The notes beneath the pieces are model-generated. The model saw only the letters and a program-made list of their open reading frames with translations, searched no databases and had not been told where the DNA came from. Position numbers and translations under genes: made by a program. From Escherichia coli (GTDB lineage: Bacteria > Pseudomonadota > Gammaproteobacteria > Enterobacterales > Enterobacteriaceae): a stretch of 64,000 bases of DNA. The stretch lies in assembly GCF_001677475.2 (NCBI RefSeq), contig NZ_CP015229.1; one strand, written 5' to 3'. Positions within the stretch are counted from its first letter, which is position 1, and every line of letters begins with the position of its first letter. Positions 45,421 through 55,210 of the stretch are shown here, in pieces.

Positions 45421-46353
45421 TTAATTCTCCCGATGCAGTAAATCCTGATAGATCCCCGTTAATATGCCATTTGGCGAAAATTGTTTTTTAATCCACTGCG
45501 TCACCTGACCGGTGGCAGAGTGCTGGGTCGCCAGTAACATGCGTGAATCCTGGCGCGGATTATGGATTTGTCGGGTAACCAGCAGGGATTGCGCCATCGC
45601 CTCACGGACCATGTAATCCGGCAAAAAACCAATTCCTTCGCCTAAAATCTGGCACTGACATTTGGTGTTGAAATCTGGCACCAGAATCGACTCCTGCCCA
45701 TGCAGCAACCAGCCCACTTTTTTATTAATCGTATGCGCGGTGTCCTCCACCATGATATTAGGGTAGAGACGCAGCTGGCTTTCGGCGATCGGCTCCGGCA
45801 CAAAGGCTAATGGGTGATCCGGGGCGATAGCAAAAGCCCAGCGAATTGCGCCAATCTCCGTGTAATCAATGCCGCCGCCGTCCAGCAGTGTGTCGGGCGC
45901 GCCGATAGCAATATTCGCCTGATTATTAATAATCGCATCCCAGACGCCGTTATACACTTCGGTCGTCACGGTAATCTGGCAGGTTGGAAACTGCTTTTTC
46001 AGTACCTGTAATAAGCGTGCGGTGTGTTTGGGCGTATAAAGCAGTTGGTTAATACAAATGCGCACCCGTGCTTCTATACCCTGCGAAATAGTATCGATGC
46101 TGCGTTTGATGGCGTGAAAATCATTCAGCAGGTCGGTAGCTTTGCGGAAAAAATAACGCCCGGACTCCGTTAACTCAATGCTTCGGGTACTGCGAGTGAA
46201 CAGCACCACATCCAGCCCCGTCTCCATTCGCTTGATGGTGTAGCTAATGGCGGAAGTGGTTAAACCCAACTCTTCTGCGGCTTTACTGAAACTGCCAAAA
46301 CGCGCAGCGGTAGTAAATGCCAACAGATTCTCTTCGGTAAAAATTGAGTTCAT
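45421..46353 (-). CDS. yahB: LysR-family regulator YahB
   Basis: ORF track 310 aa; N-terminal HTH LLAFTTAARFGSFSKAAEELGLTTSAISYTIKRMETGL. Confidence 0.8.
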   Translation of the reverse strand: MNSIFTEENLLAFTTAARFGSFSKAAEELGLTTSAISYTIKRMETGLDVVLFTRSTRSIELTESGRYFFRKATDLLNDFHAIKRSIDTISQGIEARVRICINQLLYTPKHTARLLQVLKKQFPTCQITVTTEVYNGVWDAIINNQANIAIGAPDTLLDGGGIDYTEIGAIRWAFAIAPDHPLAFVPEPIAESQLRLYPNIMVEDTAHTINKKVGWLLHGQESILVPDFNTKCQCQILGEGIGFLPDYMVREAMAQSLLVTRQIHNPRQDSRMLLATQHSATGQVTQWIKKQFSPNGILTGIYQDLLHREN

Positions 46354-46444
46354 TAAACCATTCCCGCCATTATCTAATATGAATTTCTCCAGCCATGACT
46401 GTAGAGGTATCGGTTAAAGATAGATAATCATTTTTGAATAACTT

Positions 46445-46942
46445 TTAATACCCGTCGCGTTTAGTCGTCGCTTCGCTTAATTTTTGTCCGCCATATTCTG
46501 AAATTATCCCCACGCAGTTACCCGCCAGATAACCCAGTAATGTCACCGTCCAGTTCATCCCGCTGGCAAAAAATAGCGTCATGCCGAGAAAGCCTCCGGG
46601 AATAAAAGACAATAAACCGAAACGTCCTTGCCAGACCACCACCGCCGAGAAGGGTACAGTCATAATCACGCTCGCCCAGAACGTGGACAATCCACTCACC
46701 GAGGCCAGCCAACCGGCAGCCAGCGCGGCGAAAAACGCCCACACCATCCCGGAATAATTAACCGCCAGGCTTCTGATAAACCCCGATTTACCGCCGCCTG
46801 CGGCATAAAAACTGCAAAAGGCGACGAAGCCAATGGTTCCTAATAATTCCCATCCCTGAGAGAGCCCGACATGTGAAGACACTAACTGCCAAAGCCCTGC
46901 ACAAATACCGACGGTGACACCCGTTGCCGTGAGTCCGTTCAT
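46445..46942 (-). CDS. yahC: Inner membrane protein YahC (DUF1097)
   Basis: ORF track 165 aa, highly hydrophobic. Confidence 0.75.
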   Translation of the reverse strand: MNGLTATGVTVGICAGLWQLVSSHVGLSQGWELLGTIGFVAFCSFYAAGGGKSGFIRSLAVNYSGMVWAFFAALAAGWLASVSGLSTFWASVIMTVPFSAVVVWQGRFGLLSFIPGGFLGMTLFFASGMNWTVTLLGYLAGNCVGIISEYGGQKLSEATTKRDGY

Positions 46943-47199
46943 CTTGTTCCCCTCTTGTTAGACATGGACGAAAGCTACTCTTACATGTGCAGACTATAGA
47001 GAAATAAAACCTGATTGAGTGAAAGGGTATCGGGTCAAAGAAACAAATATTGCACTACCGCACACTGCGAAAAGATTGTTGAACATCATTCAACAAAAAG
47101 GCGAAATACGGCGAATTAAATTTAAGCGGGTTCTTTTATCAGATTATCGTTGCTATTCTCAATTCATCGAAAACAGCCACAAAAACCAGGGGAATGTGA

Positions 47200-47805
47200 A
47201 TGACTATAAAAAATCTACCTGCCGACTATTTATTGGCTGCACAACAGGGTGATATCGATAAAGTAAAAACCTGCCTTGCGCTGGGTGTCGATATTAATAC
47301 CTGCGATCGTCAGGGGAAAACGGCAATTACGCTGGCAAGTTTATATCAGCAATATGCTTGCGTTCAGGCATTAATTGACGCCGGAGCGGATATTAATAAA
47401 CAAGATCATACCTGTTTAAATCCTTTTTTAATTAGCTGTCTGAACGATGATTTAACCCTGTTACGGATTATTTTACCGGCTAAACCCGATCTTAATTGCG
47501 TCACCCGTTTTGGCGGTGTCGGCCTGACGCCTGCCTGTGAAAAAGGCCATTTAAGTATTGTAAAAGAGCTTTTGGCGCATACGGAGATTAACGTTAACCA
47601 GACTAACCATGTTGGCTGGACGCCGCTACTGGAAGCAATTGTGCTTAATGATGGCGGGATTAAACAGCAGGCGATTGTCCAGTTATTGCTTGAACACGGT
47701 GCCAGCCCGCACATGACGGATAAATATGGCAAAACGCCGCTGGAACTGGCGCGGGAACGAGGCTTTGAAGAGATTGCGCAGTTACTGATTGCCGCAGGTG
47801 CATAA
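47200..47805 (+). CDS. yahD: Ankyrin-repeat protein YahD
   Basis: ORF track 201 aa with ankyrin-like repeats (GKTAITLASLYQQYACVQALIDAGADIN; GWTPLLEAIVLND...). Confidence 0.8.
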   Translation: MTIKNLPADYLLAAQQGDIDKVKTCLALGVDINTCDRQGKTAITLASLYQQYACVQALIDAGADINKQDHTCLNPFLISCLNDDLTLLRIILPAKPDLNCVTRFGGVGLTPACEKGHLSIVKELLAHTEINVNQTNHVGWTPLLEAIVLNDGGIKQQAIVQLLLEHGASPHMTDKYGKTPLELARERGFEEIAQLLIAAGA

Positions 47806-47844
47806 ACCGGGAGGCTTGCTATCAACACACCAGAAAGACGGTGT

Positions 47845-48708
47845 GTGTGGGCGCTAACTGCGGATGCTGATTTTCTGGCGCAGCGGGGGCAAGGACAGGT
47901 TGAACAGGTCTTTGCCAGAGCGGTAAATATCGCACTTCCGGCCCGCCAGCAGTTGCTGACGCTGCTTTGTGAAGAGTACGACAATGCGCCAAACAGTTGT
48001 CGGTTGGCACTCACTCACTTTGATGGTCTGTTCCGGCATGGTGATAAGGTTCAGTTTGACGATCAAGGCATTACGGTTGGTCAACATCTTCATATAGAGA
48101 TGAGTCGTTGTCGGCGTTGGCTGTCCCCAACCTTGCAAATGACCGCTGTGAATTTTCACCTTATCGCCTGGCAACAGTGGCATGACATTATTCATCAGCA
48201 CCTGGGGGAAAATGAAACACTGTTTAATTATTGCGGCGATAATCCGTTTTATCAGGCGTTAAATAAAGAATTACATATTAAACGACGGGCAGTTATTCAG
48301 GCCGTAAACGATAAACAAAATATCGCCTCAGCAGTCGCCAGTATGATGGGCTTAGGGATTGGCCTTACGCCATCAGCCGACGATTATTTAACAGGTCTGG
48401 CGCTTATTTTATTTATTTCCGGACATCCGGCGGAAAAATACAAAGAAGAATTTTATCTCGGTCTGCAACGCGGCAGAAATAATACCACGTTATTAAGTGC
48501 CATAACGCTGGAAGCCGCATTACAACAACGCTGCCGGGAAAATATTCATCGTTTTATTCATAACATTATTTATGACATCCCTGGGAACGCAACTCAGGCA
48601 ATAGAAAAAATTAAACATATTGGCTCCAGTTCCGGCTGCGACATGCTGTATGGCATGGCCGATGGTTGTGCGCTGAGCCAAACCTACGGAGGGAATTATG
48701 TCAGTTAA
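47845..48708 (+). CDS. yahE: YahE (DUF2877)
   Basis: ORF track 287 aa; synteny. Confidence 0.7.
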   Translation: MWALTADADFLAQRGQGQVEQVFARAVNIALPARQQLLTLLCEEYDNAPNSCRLALTHFDGLFRHGDKVQFDDQGITVGQHLHIEMSRCRRWLSPTLQMTAVNFHLIAWQQWHDIIHQHLGENETLFNYCGDNPFYQALNKELHIKRRAVIQAVNDKQNIASAVASMMGLGIGLTPSADDYLTGLALILFISGHPAEKYKEEFYLGLQRGRNNTTLLSAITLEAALQQRCRENIHRFIHNIIYDIPGNATQAIEKIKHIGSSSGCDMLYGMADGCALSQTYGGNYVS

Positions 48709-50245
48709 AATAGTCATTAAACCGAATACCTATTTTGATTCTGTCTCGCTGATGTCTATCTCCACGCGTGCAAATAAACTCGACGGCGTCGAGCAGGCAT
48801 TTGTGGCGATGGCGACCGAAATGAACAAAGGCGTACTGAAGAATTTAGGGCTGCTGACGCCGGAGCTGGAGCAGGCGAAAAACGGCGACCTGATGATTGT
48901 CATCAATGGTAAATCGGGTGCGGACAACGAGCAGTTGCTGGTGGAGATTGAAGAACTGTTCAACACCAAAGCGCAAAGCGGCTCGCACGAGGCGCGTTAC
49001 GCCACTATTGCCAGCGCCAAAAAGCATATCCCGGAAAGTAACCTGGCAGTGATTTCGGTCAACGGCCTGTTTGCCGCTCGTGAAGCGCGTCAGGCGCTGC
49101 AAAATGATCTCAACGTGATGCTGTTTTCCGATAACGTCTCGGTTGAAGATGAACTGGCTCTCAAGCAGCTGGCCCACGAAAAAGGGCTGCTGATGATGGG
49201 GCCAGACTGCGGCACGGCGATCATCAACGGCGCGGCGCTCTGCTTTGGTAACGCCGTGCGTCGCGGCAACATCGGTATTGTTGGCGCATCCGGCACCGGT
49301 AGCCAGGAACTGAGCGTCCGCATTCATGAATTTGGCGGCGGCGTTTCGCAACTGATTGGCACCGGTGGGCGCGACCTGAGCGAGAAAATCGGCGGCCTGA
49401 TGATGCTCGACGCCATCGGGATGCTGGAAAACGATCCGCAAACTGAAATCATTGTGCTTATCTCCAAACCGCCTGCGCCTGCGGTGGCCCGCAAAGTGCT
49501 GGAACGCGCACGTGCCTGCCGCAAGCCGGTGGTGGTCTGCTTCCTCGGTCGTGGCGAAACGCCAGTGGATGAGCAGGGGCTACAGTTTGCTCGCGGCAGC
49601 AAAGAAGCGGCGCTGAAAGCGGTAATGCTCTCCGGCGTGAAACAGGAACATCTCGAGCTGCATACGCTGAACCAGCCGTTGATTGCTGACGTGCGCGCTC
49701 GCCTGCAACCGCAGCAGAAATACATTCGTGGCCTGTTCTGCGGCGGTACGCTGTGTGACGAAACCATGTTCGCGGTGATGGAAAAACACGGCGATGTCTA
49801 CAGCAACATCCAGCCCGATCCTGAATTCCGCCTGAAAGATATCAACCGCAGCGTCAAACATACCTTCCTCGACTTTGGCGATGACGACTTCACCAACGGT
49901 AAGCCGCATCCAATGATTGACCCCACCAACCGTATCAGCCGCTTGATCGAAGAGGCGCGCGATCCAGAAGTGGCGGTGATCGTGATGGATTTTGTGCTCG
50001 GATTTGGATCGCATGAAGATCCGGTTGGTTCCACCATTGAAGCGATCAAAGAAGCGAAAGCGATCGCCGCTGCCGAAGGACGCGAGTTGATCATTCTCGC
50101 CTATGTGCTGGGTACCGATCTTGATACGCCATCGTTAGAACAACAAAGCCAGATGCTGCTTGATGCCGGAGTGATTCTGGCGAGCAGCAGCACCAATACC
50201 GGATTGCTGGCGCGTGAATTTATCTGCAAAGGGGAGGAAGCCTGA
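48698..50245 (+). CDS. yahF: FdrA-like protein YahF (CoA-binding / succinyl-CoA synthetase-like fold)
   Basis: ORF track 515 aa; synteny; overlaps the yahE stop. Confidence 0.8.
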   Translation: MSVKIVIKPNTYFDSVSLMSISTRANKLDGVEQAFVAMATEMNKGVLKNLGLLTPELEQAKNGDLMIVINGKSGADNEQLLVEIEELFNTKAQSGSHEARYATIASAKKHIPESNLAVISVNGLFAAREARQALQNDLNVMLFSDNVSVEDELALKQLAHEKGLLMMGPDCGTAIINGAALCFGNAVRRGNIGIVGASGTGSQELSVRIHEFGGGVSQLIGTGGRDLSEKIGGLMMLDAIGMLENDPQTEIIVLISKPPAPAVARKVLERARACRKPVVVCFLGRGETPVDEQGLQFARGSKEAALKAVMLSGVKQEHLELHTLNQPLIADVRARLQPQQKYIRGLFCGGTLCDETMFAVMEKHGDVYSNIQPDPEFRLKDINRSVKHTFLDFGDDDFTNGKPHPMIDPTNRISRLIEEARDPEVAVIVMDFVLGFGSHEDPVGSTIEAIKEAKAIAAAEGRELIILAYVLGTDLDTPSLEQQSQMLLDAGVILASSSTNTGLLAREFICKGEEA

Positions 50246-51663
50246 TGAGCCAGTCACTGTTTAGCCAACCATTGAACGTTATTAACGTCGGCATCGCCAT
50301 GTTTAGCGATGACCTGAAAAAGCAGCATGTAGAAGTGACTCAACTCGACTGGACGCCGCCGGGGCAGGGCAATATGCAGGTGGTGCAGGCGCTGGACAAC
50401 ATTGCCGATTCGCCGCTGGCAGACAAAATCGCCGCCGCTAACCAGCAGGCGCTGGAACGCATTATCCAGTCGCATCCGGTGCTGATTGGTTTTGATCAGG
50501 CGATTAACGTGGTGCCGGGCATGACGCCGAAAACCATTCTTCACGCCGGGCCGCCAGTGACCTGGGAAAAAATGTGCGGCGCGATGAAAGGCGCGGTCAC
50601 CGGGGCGCTGGTGTTCGAAGGGCTGGCGAAAGACCTCGACGAGGCGGCTGAACTGGCGGCTTCCGGGGAGATCACCTTCTCGCCGTGCCACGAACACGAC
50701 TGTGTGGGATCGATGGCGGGTGTTACCTCGGCCTCGATGTTTATGCACATCGTAAAAAACAAAACCTACGGCAACATCGCTTATACCAACATGAGCGAGC
50801 AGATGGCGAAGATTTTGCGTATGGGCGCCAACGACCAGAGCGTGATCGACCGCCTCAACTGGATGCGCGATGTGCAGGGACCAATGCTGCGCGACGCGAT
50901 GAAAATTATCGGTGAGATCGATCTGCGCTTAATGCTGGCGCAGGCGCTGCATATGGGCGATGAGTGTCATAACCGCAATAACGCCGGGACGACGCTGCTG
51001 ATTCAGGCGCTGACGCCGGGGATTATTCAGGCGGGCTATTCCGTCGAGCAACAGCGCGAAGTGTTTGAGTTTGTCGCCAGCAGCGACTACTTCTCCGGCC
51101 CGACGTGGATGGCGATGTGTAAAGCGGCGATGGATGCGGCGCACGGCATCGAATACAGCACCGTGGTCACCACGATGGCGCGTAACGGCGTCGAGTTCGG
51201 TCTGCGGGTCAGCGGATTACCGGGGCAATGGTTTACCGGTCCGGCGCAGCAGGTGATCGGCCCGATGTTTGCCGGTTATAAGCCGGAAGATTCGGGGCTG
51301 GATATCGGCGACAGCGCCATCACCGAAACCTACGGCATTGGCGGATTTGCTATGGCGACCGCGCCCGCTATCGTCGCGCTGGTGGGCGGCACGGTGGAAG
51401 AGGCTATCGATTTCTCCCGTCAGATGCGTGAAATCACTCTCGGCGAAAACCCTAACGTGACCATTCCGCTGCTCGGTTTTATGGGTGTGCCGACGGCAAT
51501 CGACATCACCCGCGTGGGTAGCAGTGGCATTCTGCCGGTGATCAACACCGCCATCGCTCATAAAGATGCGGGCATCGGCATGATTGGCGCGGGCATTGTG
51601 CATCCACCATTCGCCTGCTTCGAAAAAGCCATTCTTGGCTGGTGCGAACGTTACGGCATCTGA
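50245..51663 (+). CDS. yahG: YahG (DUF1116, YlbE-like)
   Basis: ORF track 472 aa; start overlaps the yahF stop. Confidence 0.8.
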   Translation: MSQSLFSQPLNVINVGIAMFSDDLKKQHVEVTQLDWTPPGQGNMQVVQALDNIADSPLADKIAAANQQALERIIQSHPVLIGFDQAINVVPGMTPKTILHAGPPVTWEKMCGAMKGAVTGALVFEGLAKDLDEAAELAASGEITFSPCHEHDCVGSMAGVTSASMFMHIVKNKTYGNIAYTNMSEQMAKILRMGANDQSVIDRLNWMRDVQGPMLRDAMKIIGEIDLRLMLAQALHMGDECHNRNNAGTTLLIQALTPGIIQAGYSVEQQREVFEFVASSDYFSGPTWMAMCKAAMDAAHGIEYSTVVTTMARNGVEFGLRVSGLPGQWFTGPAQQVIGPMFAGYKPEDSGLDIGDSAITETYGIGGFAMATAPAIVALVGGTVEEAIDFSRQMREITLGENPNVTIPLLGFMGVPTAIDITRVGSSGILPVINTAIAHKDAGIGMIGAGIVHPPFACFEKAILGWCERYGI

Positions 51664-51685
51664 CATGCAAAGTGCGCGTTGTCTC

Positions 51686-51860
51686 TGCCGGATGCGGCGT
51701 GAACGCCTTATCCGGCCTACGAGTGGCGCAAGAACCTGTAGGCCTGATAAGCGTAGCGCATCAGGCATTTTTCACGATTGCCGGATGCGGCGTGAACGCC
51801 TTATCCGGTCTACGAATGGCACAAGAATCTGTAGGCCTGATAAGCGTAGCGCATCAGGCA
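51686..51860. repeat. REP/BIME cluster: two tandem copies of an ~80-bp unit (copies differ at a few positions), each holding a pair of inverted REP sequences
   Basis: GATGCGGCGTGAACGCCTTATCCGG(C/T)CTACGA(G/A)TGGC(G/A)CAAGAA(C/T)CTGTAGGCCTGATAAGCGTAGCGCATCAGGCA occurs twice in direct orientation. Confidence 0.85.
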
Positions 51861-51909
51861 ATTTGGCGTTGGTCATAACCCCATCACCCTCTGTAGCGGA
51901 CATAACAAT

Positions 51910-52860
51910 ATGAAAGAACTTGTGGTCGTTGCCATTGGTGGCAACAGCATTATCAAAGATAACGCCAGCCAGTCGATTGAGCATCAGGCGGAGGCGGTGA
52001 AGGCCGTCGCCGATACGGTGCTGGAAATGCTGGCTTCCGATTACGACATTGTGCTGACCCACGGCAACGGACCGCAGGTCGGTTTGGATTTACGCCGCGC
52101 GGAGATTGCCCACGAGCGCGAAGGGTTGCCCTTAACGCCGCTGGCGAACTGTGTGGCGGATACGCAAGGTGGCATTGGCTATCTGATCCAACAGGCGCTG
52201 AACAACCGGCTGGCACGCCACGGCGAGAAAAAAGCCGTCACCGTGGTGACTCAGGTGGAAGTGGATAAAAACGATCCGGGTTTTGCTCATCCCACCAAGC
52301 CCATCGGCGCATTCTTCAGTGAATGCCAGCGTGACGAATTACAAAAGGCAAACCCTGAATGGCGTTTTGTTGAAGATGCCGGACGGGGCTATCGCCGCGT
52401 GGTCGCCTCGCCGGAACCGAAACGTATTGTCGAAGCACCGGCCATTGAGGCATTGATCCAACAAGGCTTTGTGGTCATCGGCGCGGGCGGTGGCGGCATT
52501 CCGGTGGTGCGCAGTGAAGCGGGGGATTACCAAAGCGTGGACGCGGTTATCGACAAAGATCTCTCTACCGCGCTACTGGCCCGCGAAATTCACGCCGACA
52601 TTCTGGTGATCACCACTGGCGTGGAAAAAGTGTGCATTCACTTTGGCAAACCCCAGCAGCAGGCGCTCGATCGGGTGGATATTGCCACCATGACCCGCTA
52701 TATGCAGGAAGGGCATTTCCCGCCCGGCAGCATGTTGCCAAAAATCATTGCCAGCCTGACGTTCCTGGAACAGGGCGGCAAAGAAGTGATTATCACCTCG
52801 CCGGAATGCCTGCCTGCGGCGCTGCGCGGTGAAACGGGCACCCATATCATTAAAACGTAA
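51910..52860 (+). CDS. yahI: Carbamate kinase-like protein YahI
   Basis: ORF track 316 aa MKELVVVAIGGNSI... (amino-acid kinase family N-terminus). Confidence 0.85.
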   Translation: MKELVVVAIGGNSIIKDNASQSIEHQAEAVKAVADTVLEMLASDYDIVLTHGNGPQVGLDLRRAEIAHEREGLPLTPLANCVADTQGGIGYLIQQALNNRLARHGEKKAVTVVTQVEVDKNDPGFAHPTKPIGAFFSECQRDELQKANPEWRFVEDAGRGYRRVVASPEPKRIVEAPAIEALIQQGFVVIGAGGGGIPVVRSEAGDYQSVDAVIDKDLSTALLAREIHADILVITTGVEKVCIHFGKPQQQALDRVDIATMTRYMQEGHFPPGSMLPKIIASLTFLEQGGKEVIITSPECLPAALRGETGTHIIKT

Positions 52861-52869
52861 GGACGTAAG

Positions 52870-54252
52870 ATGAAAGAAAGCAATAGCCGCCGTGAGTTTC
52901 TGAGCCAGAGCGGTAAGATGGTCACCGCCGCCGCGCTGTTTGGTACCTCTGTGCCGCTCGCCCATGCGGCAGTCTCTGGCACAACCCACTGCGAGGCAAA
53001 TAACACCATGAAAATCACTGACCCGCACTACTATCTCGACAACGTGCTGCTGGAAACCGGTTTTGACTACGAAAACGGTGTGGCGGTGCAGACCCGCACG
53101 ACACGCCAGACCGTGGAGATTCAGGACGGCAAAATTGTTGCCCTGCGCGAGAATAAGCAGCATCCGGACGCCACGCTGCCGCACTATGACGCTGGCGGTA
53201 AGCTGATGCTGCCCACCACCCGCGACATGCATATTCATCTCGACAAAACCTTCTACGGCGGGCCGTGGCGCTCGCTCAATCGTCCGGCAGGCACCACCAT
53301 CCAGGACATGATCACGCTTGAGCAGAAAATGCTGCCGGAGTTGCAACCGTACACTCAGGAGCGGGCGGAAAAACTGATCGATTTATTGCAGTCGAAAGGC
53401 ACCACCATTGCCCGTAGCCACTGCAATATCGAACCGGTTTCCGGCCTGAAAAATCTGCATAACTTACAGGCGGTGCTGGCACGACGTCAGGCGGGCTTCG
53501 AGTGTGAAATTGTCGCCTTCCCGCAGCACGGTTTACTGCTGTCGAAATCGGAGCCCTTAATGCGTGAAGCGATGCAGGCAGGGGCGCATTACGTCGGCGG
53601 GCTGGACCCGACCAGTGTCGATGGCGCGATGGAAAAATCCCTCGACACCATGTTCCAGATTGCGCTGGACTACGACAAAGGCGTCGATATTCACCTGCAC
53701 GAAACCACTCCGGCGGGCGTGGCAGCCATCAATTATATGGTTGAAACGGTAGAGAAAACGCCGCAGCTTAAAGGCAAGCTGACCATCAGCCACGCCTTTG
53801 CGCTGGCTACGCTCAACGAGCAACAGGTCGTTGAGCTGGCGCACCGGATGGCGGCGCAGCAAATTTCTATCGCCTCGACGGTGCCGATTGGCACGTTGCA
53901 TATGCCGCTCAAACAGCTACACGACAAAGGTGTAAAAGTGATGACCGGCACCGACAGCGTTATCGACCACTGGTCGCCTTACGGCCTGGGCGACATGCTG
54001 GAAAAAGCCAATCTGTATGCGCAGCTCTATATTCGCCCTAACGAACAGAATTTGTCCCGCTCGCTGTTTTTAGCCACTGGTGATGTGTTGCCGCTCAACG
54101 AAAAGGGCGAGCGTGTCTGGCCTAAAGCGCAGGATGACGCCAGCTTTGTGCTGGTGGACGCCTCCTGTTCTGCCGAGGCAGTGGCGCGTATCTCGCCGAG
54201 AGCCGCAACGTTCCATAAAGGGCAACTGGTGTGGGGGAGTGTGGCAGGTTGA
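52870..54252 (+). CDS. yahJ: Amidohydrolase-family deaminase YahJ with Tat-type signal
   Basis: ORF track 460 aa; SRREFLSQSGKMVTAAALFGTSVPLAHA. Confidence 0.8.
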   Translation: MKESNSRREFLSQSGKMVTAAALFGTSVPLAHAAVSGTTHCEANNTMKITDPHYYLDNVLLETGFDYENGVAVQTRTTRQTVEIQDGKIVALRENKQHPDATLPHYDAGGKLMLPTTRDMHIHLDKTFYGGPWRSLNRPAGTTIQDMITLEQKMLPELQPYTQERAEKLIDLLQSKGTTIARSHCNIEPVSGLKNLHNLQAVLARRQAGFECEIVAFPQHGLLLSKSEPLMREAMQAGAHYVGGLDPTSVDGAMEKSLDTMFQIALDYDKGVDIHLHETTPAGVAAINYMVETVEKTPQLKGKLTISHAFALATLNEQQVVELAHRMAAQQISIASTVPIGTLHMPLKQLHDKGVKVMTGTDSVIDHWSPYGLGDMLEKANLYAQLYIRPNEQNLSRSLFLATGDVLPLNEKGERVWPKAQDDASFVLVDASCSAEAVARISPRAATFHKGQLVWGSVAG

Positions 54253-54549
54253 TACGCATTTAATATGTCTGCAACGGTGAACAGTAAGAGATTTAAGCCC
54301 CAGGGAGTGGGGCGGCAATGGTTGCTAATGAATCATCCTGAACTTTATAATCTCCAGGCATAATTTCCAGGGGATTATTTGAGAGAAATACACAAAAGTG
54401 AGTTTTAACAAAGGTATTTATCAGGCCATAAATGTGACCTGCTTCGGATAAAAAAGATTAAACATAGAAAAACCAATGATACTCTTGCTGATGGTTACCA
54501 ACAGTAATTAAGATGTGATTTGTTTTTCCGTAATCGCGAAAATATTCTC

Positions 54550-54960
54550 ATGACCATAAAAGAAAAAATCTTACAAAAATATCCCCATGCTTCCTTTTGT
54601 ACTTTTGGCGATTCAGCAGCGTTGGCCGATCACCTCGCAACGTTGATTGCGACTGGTGTTAAAACTGCTTCCTGTGGTTCGCTGGCGGGATGTATTGAAG
54701 ACAACGCATTTCCGCTGATTGGTGAGTATAAGATTGTAGAAAATAGCCGTGGTGAGCCTGTCTGTGTTATCAGAGTTATTGGCCTGCATTTACTGCGCTT
54801 TTCTGATGTCACCGCGGAGCTTGCCCGTAAGGAAGGTGAAGGTGACCTCAGTCTTGAATATTGGCGTAATGAACACCGTCGTTTTTTCCAGGCAGAAGGA
54901 AGCTATTCACCAGAAATGGACGTTATCTTTGAAGAATATGCCCTTATTGACGTTGTGTAG
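54550..54960 (+). CDS. Small ASCH/PUA-like domain protein (accessory)
   Basis: ORF track frame 54520..54960; start at MTIKEKILQKYPHA; weak family assignment from ...GVKTAS... Confidence 0.45.
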   Translation: MTIKEKILQKYPHASFCTFGDSAALADHLATLIATGVKTASCGSLAGCIEDNAFPLIGEYKIVENSRGEPVCVIRVIGLHLLRFSDVTAELARKEGEGDLSLEYWRNEHRRFFQAEGSYSPEMDVIFEEYALIDVV

Positions 54961-55210
54961 ATATCTATTTATCTACGTGAAATAAGCTCACAAACATAAA
55001 ATGTCGCTAATTTTGTTTATCTTGCTATTTTTTACGTGATGAATATCACACTTATTGTTGCTGCCCGTTTTGTCCATATTTATAACCATATTTTTAATAG
55101 CTGCCTGAAATAGGGCTGTTTATTCTGCATAAAAATATTCGAAAATTCTTATTCTCTCCAGCGCGCTAATTTGGGCGAACACTTCCTGACTACCCTGCAA
55201 TGAGGCTGAA

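Noticed and set aside
48845-49441. 198-aa minus-strand ORF (with overlapping 147- and 144-aa ORFs)
   Set aside because: All antisense within yahF; low-complexity Arg/Ala-rich translations.
52573-53346. 257-aa minus-strand ORF
   Set aside because: Antisense to the yahI 3' end and yahJ 5' end; shadow ORF.
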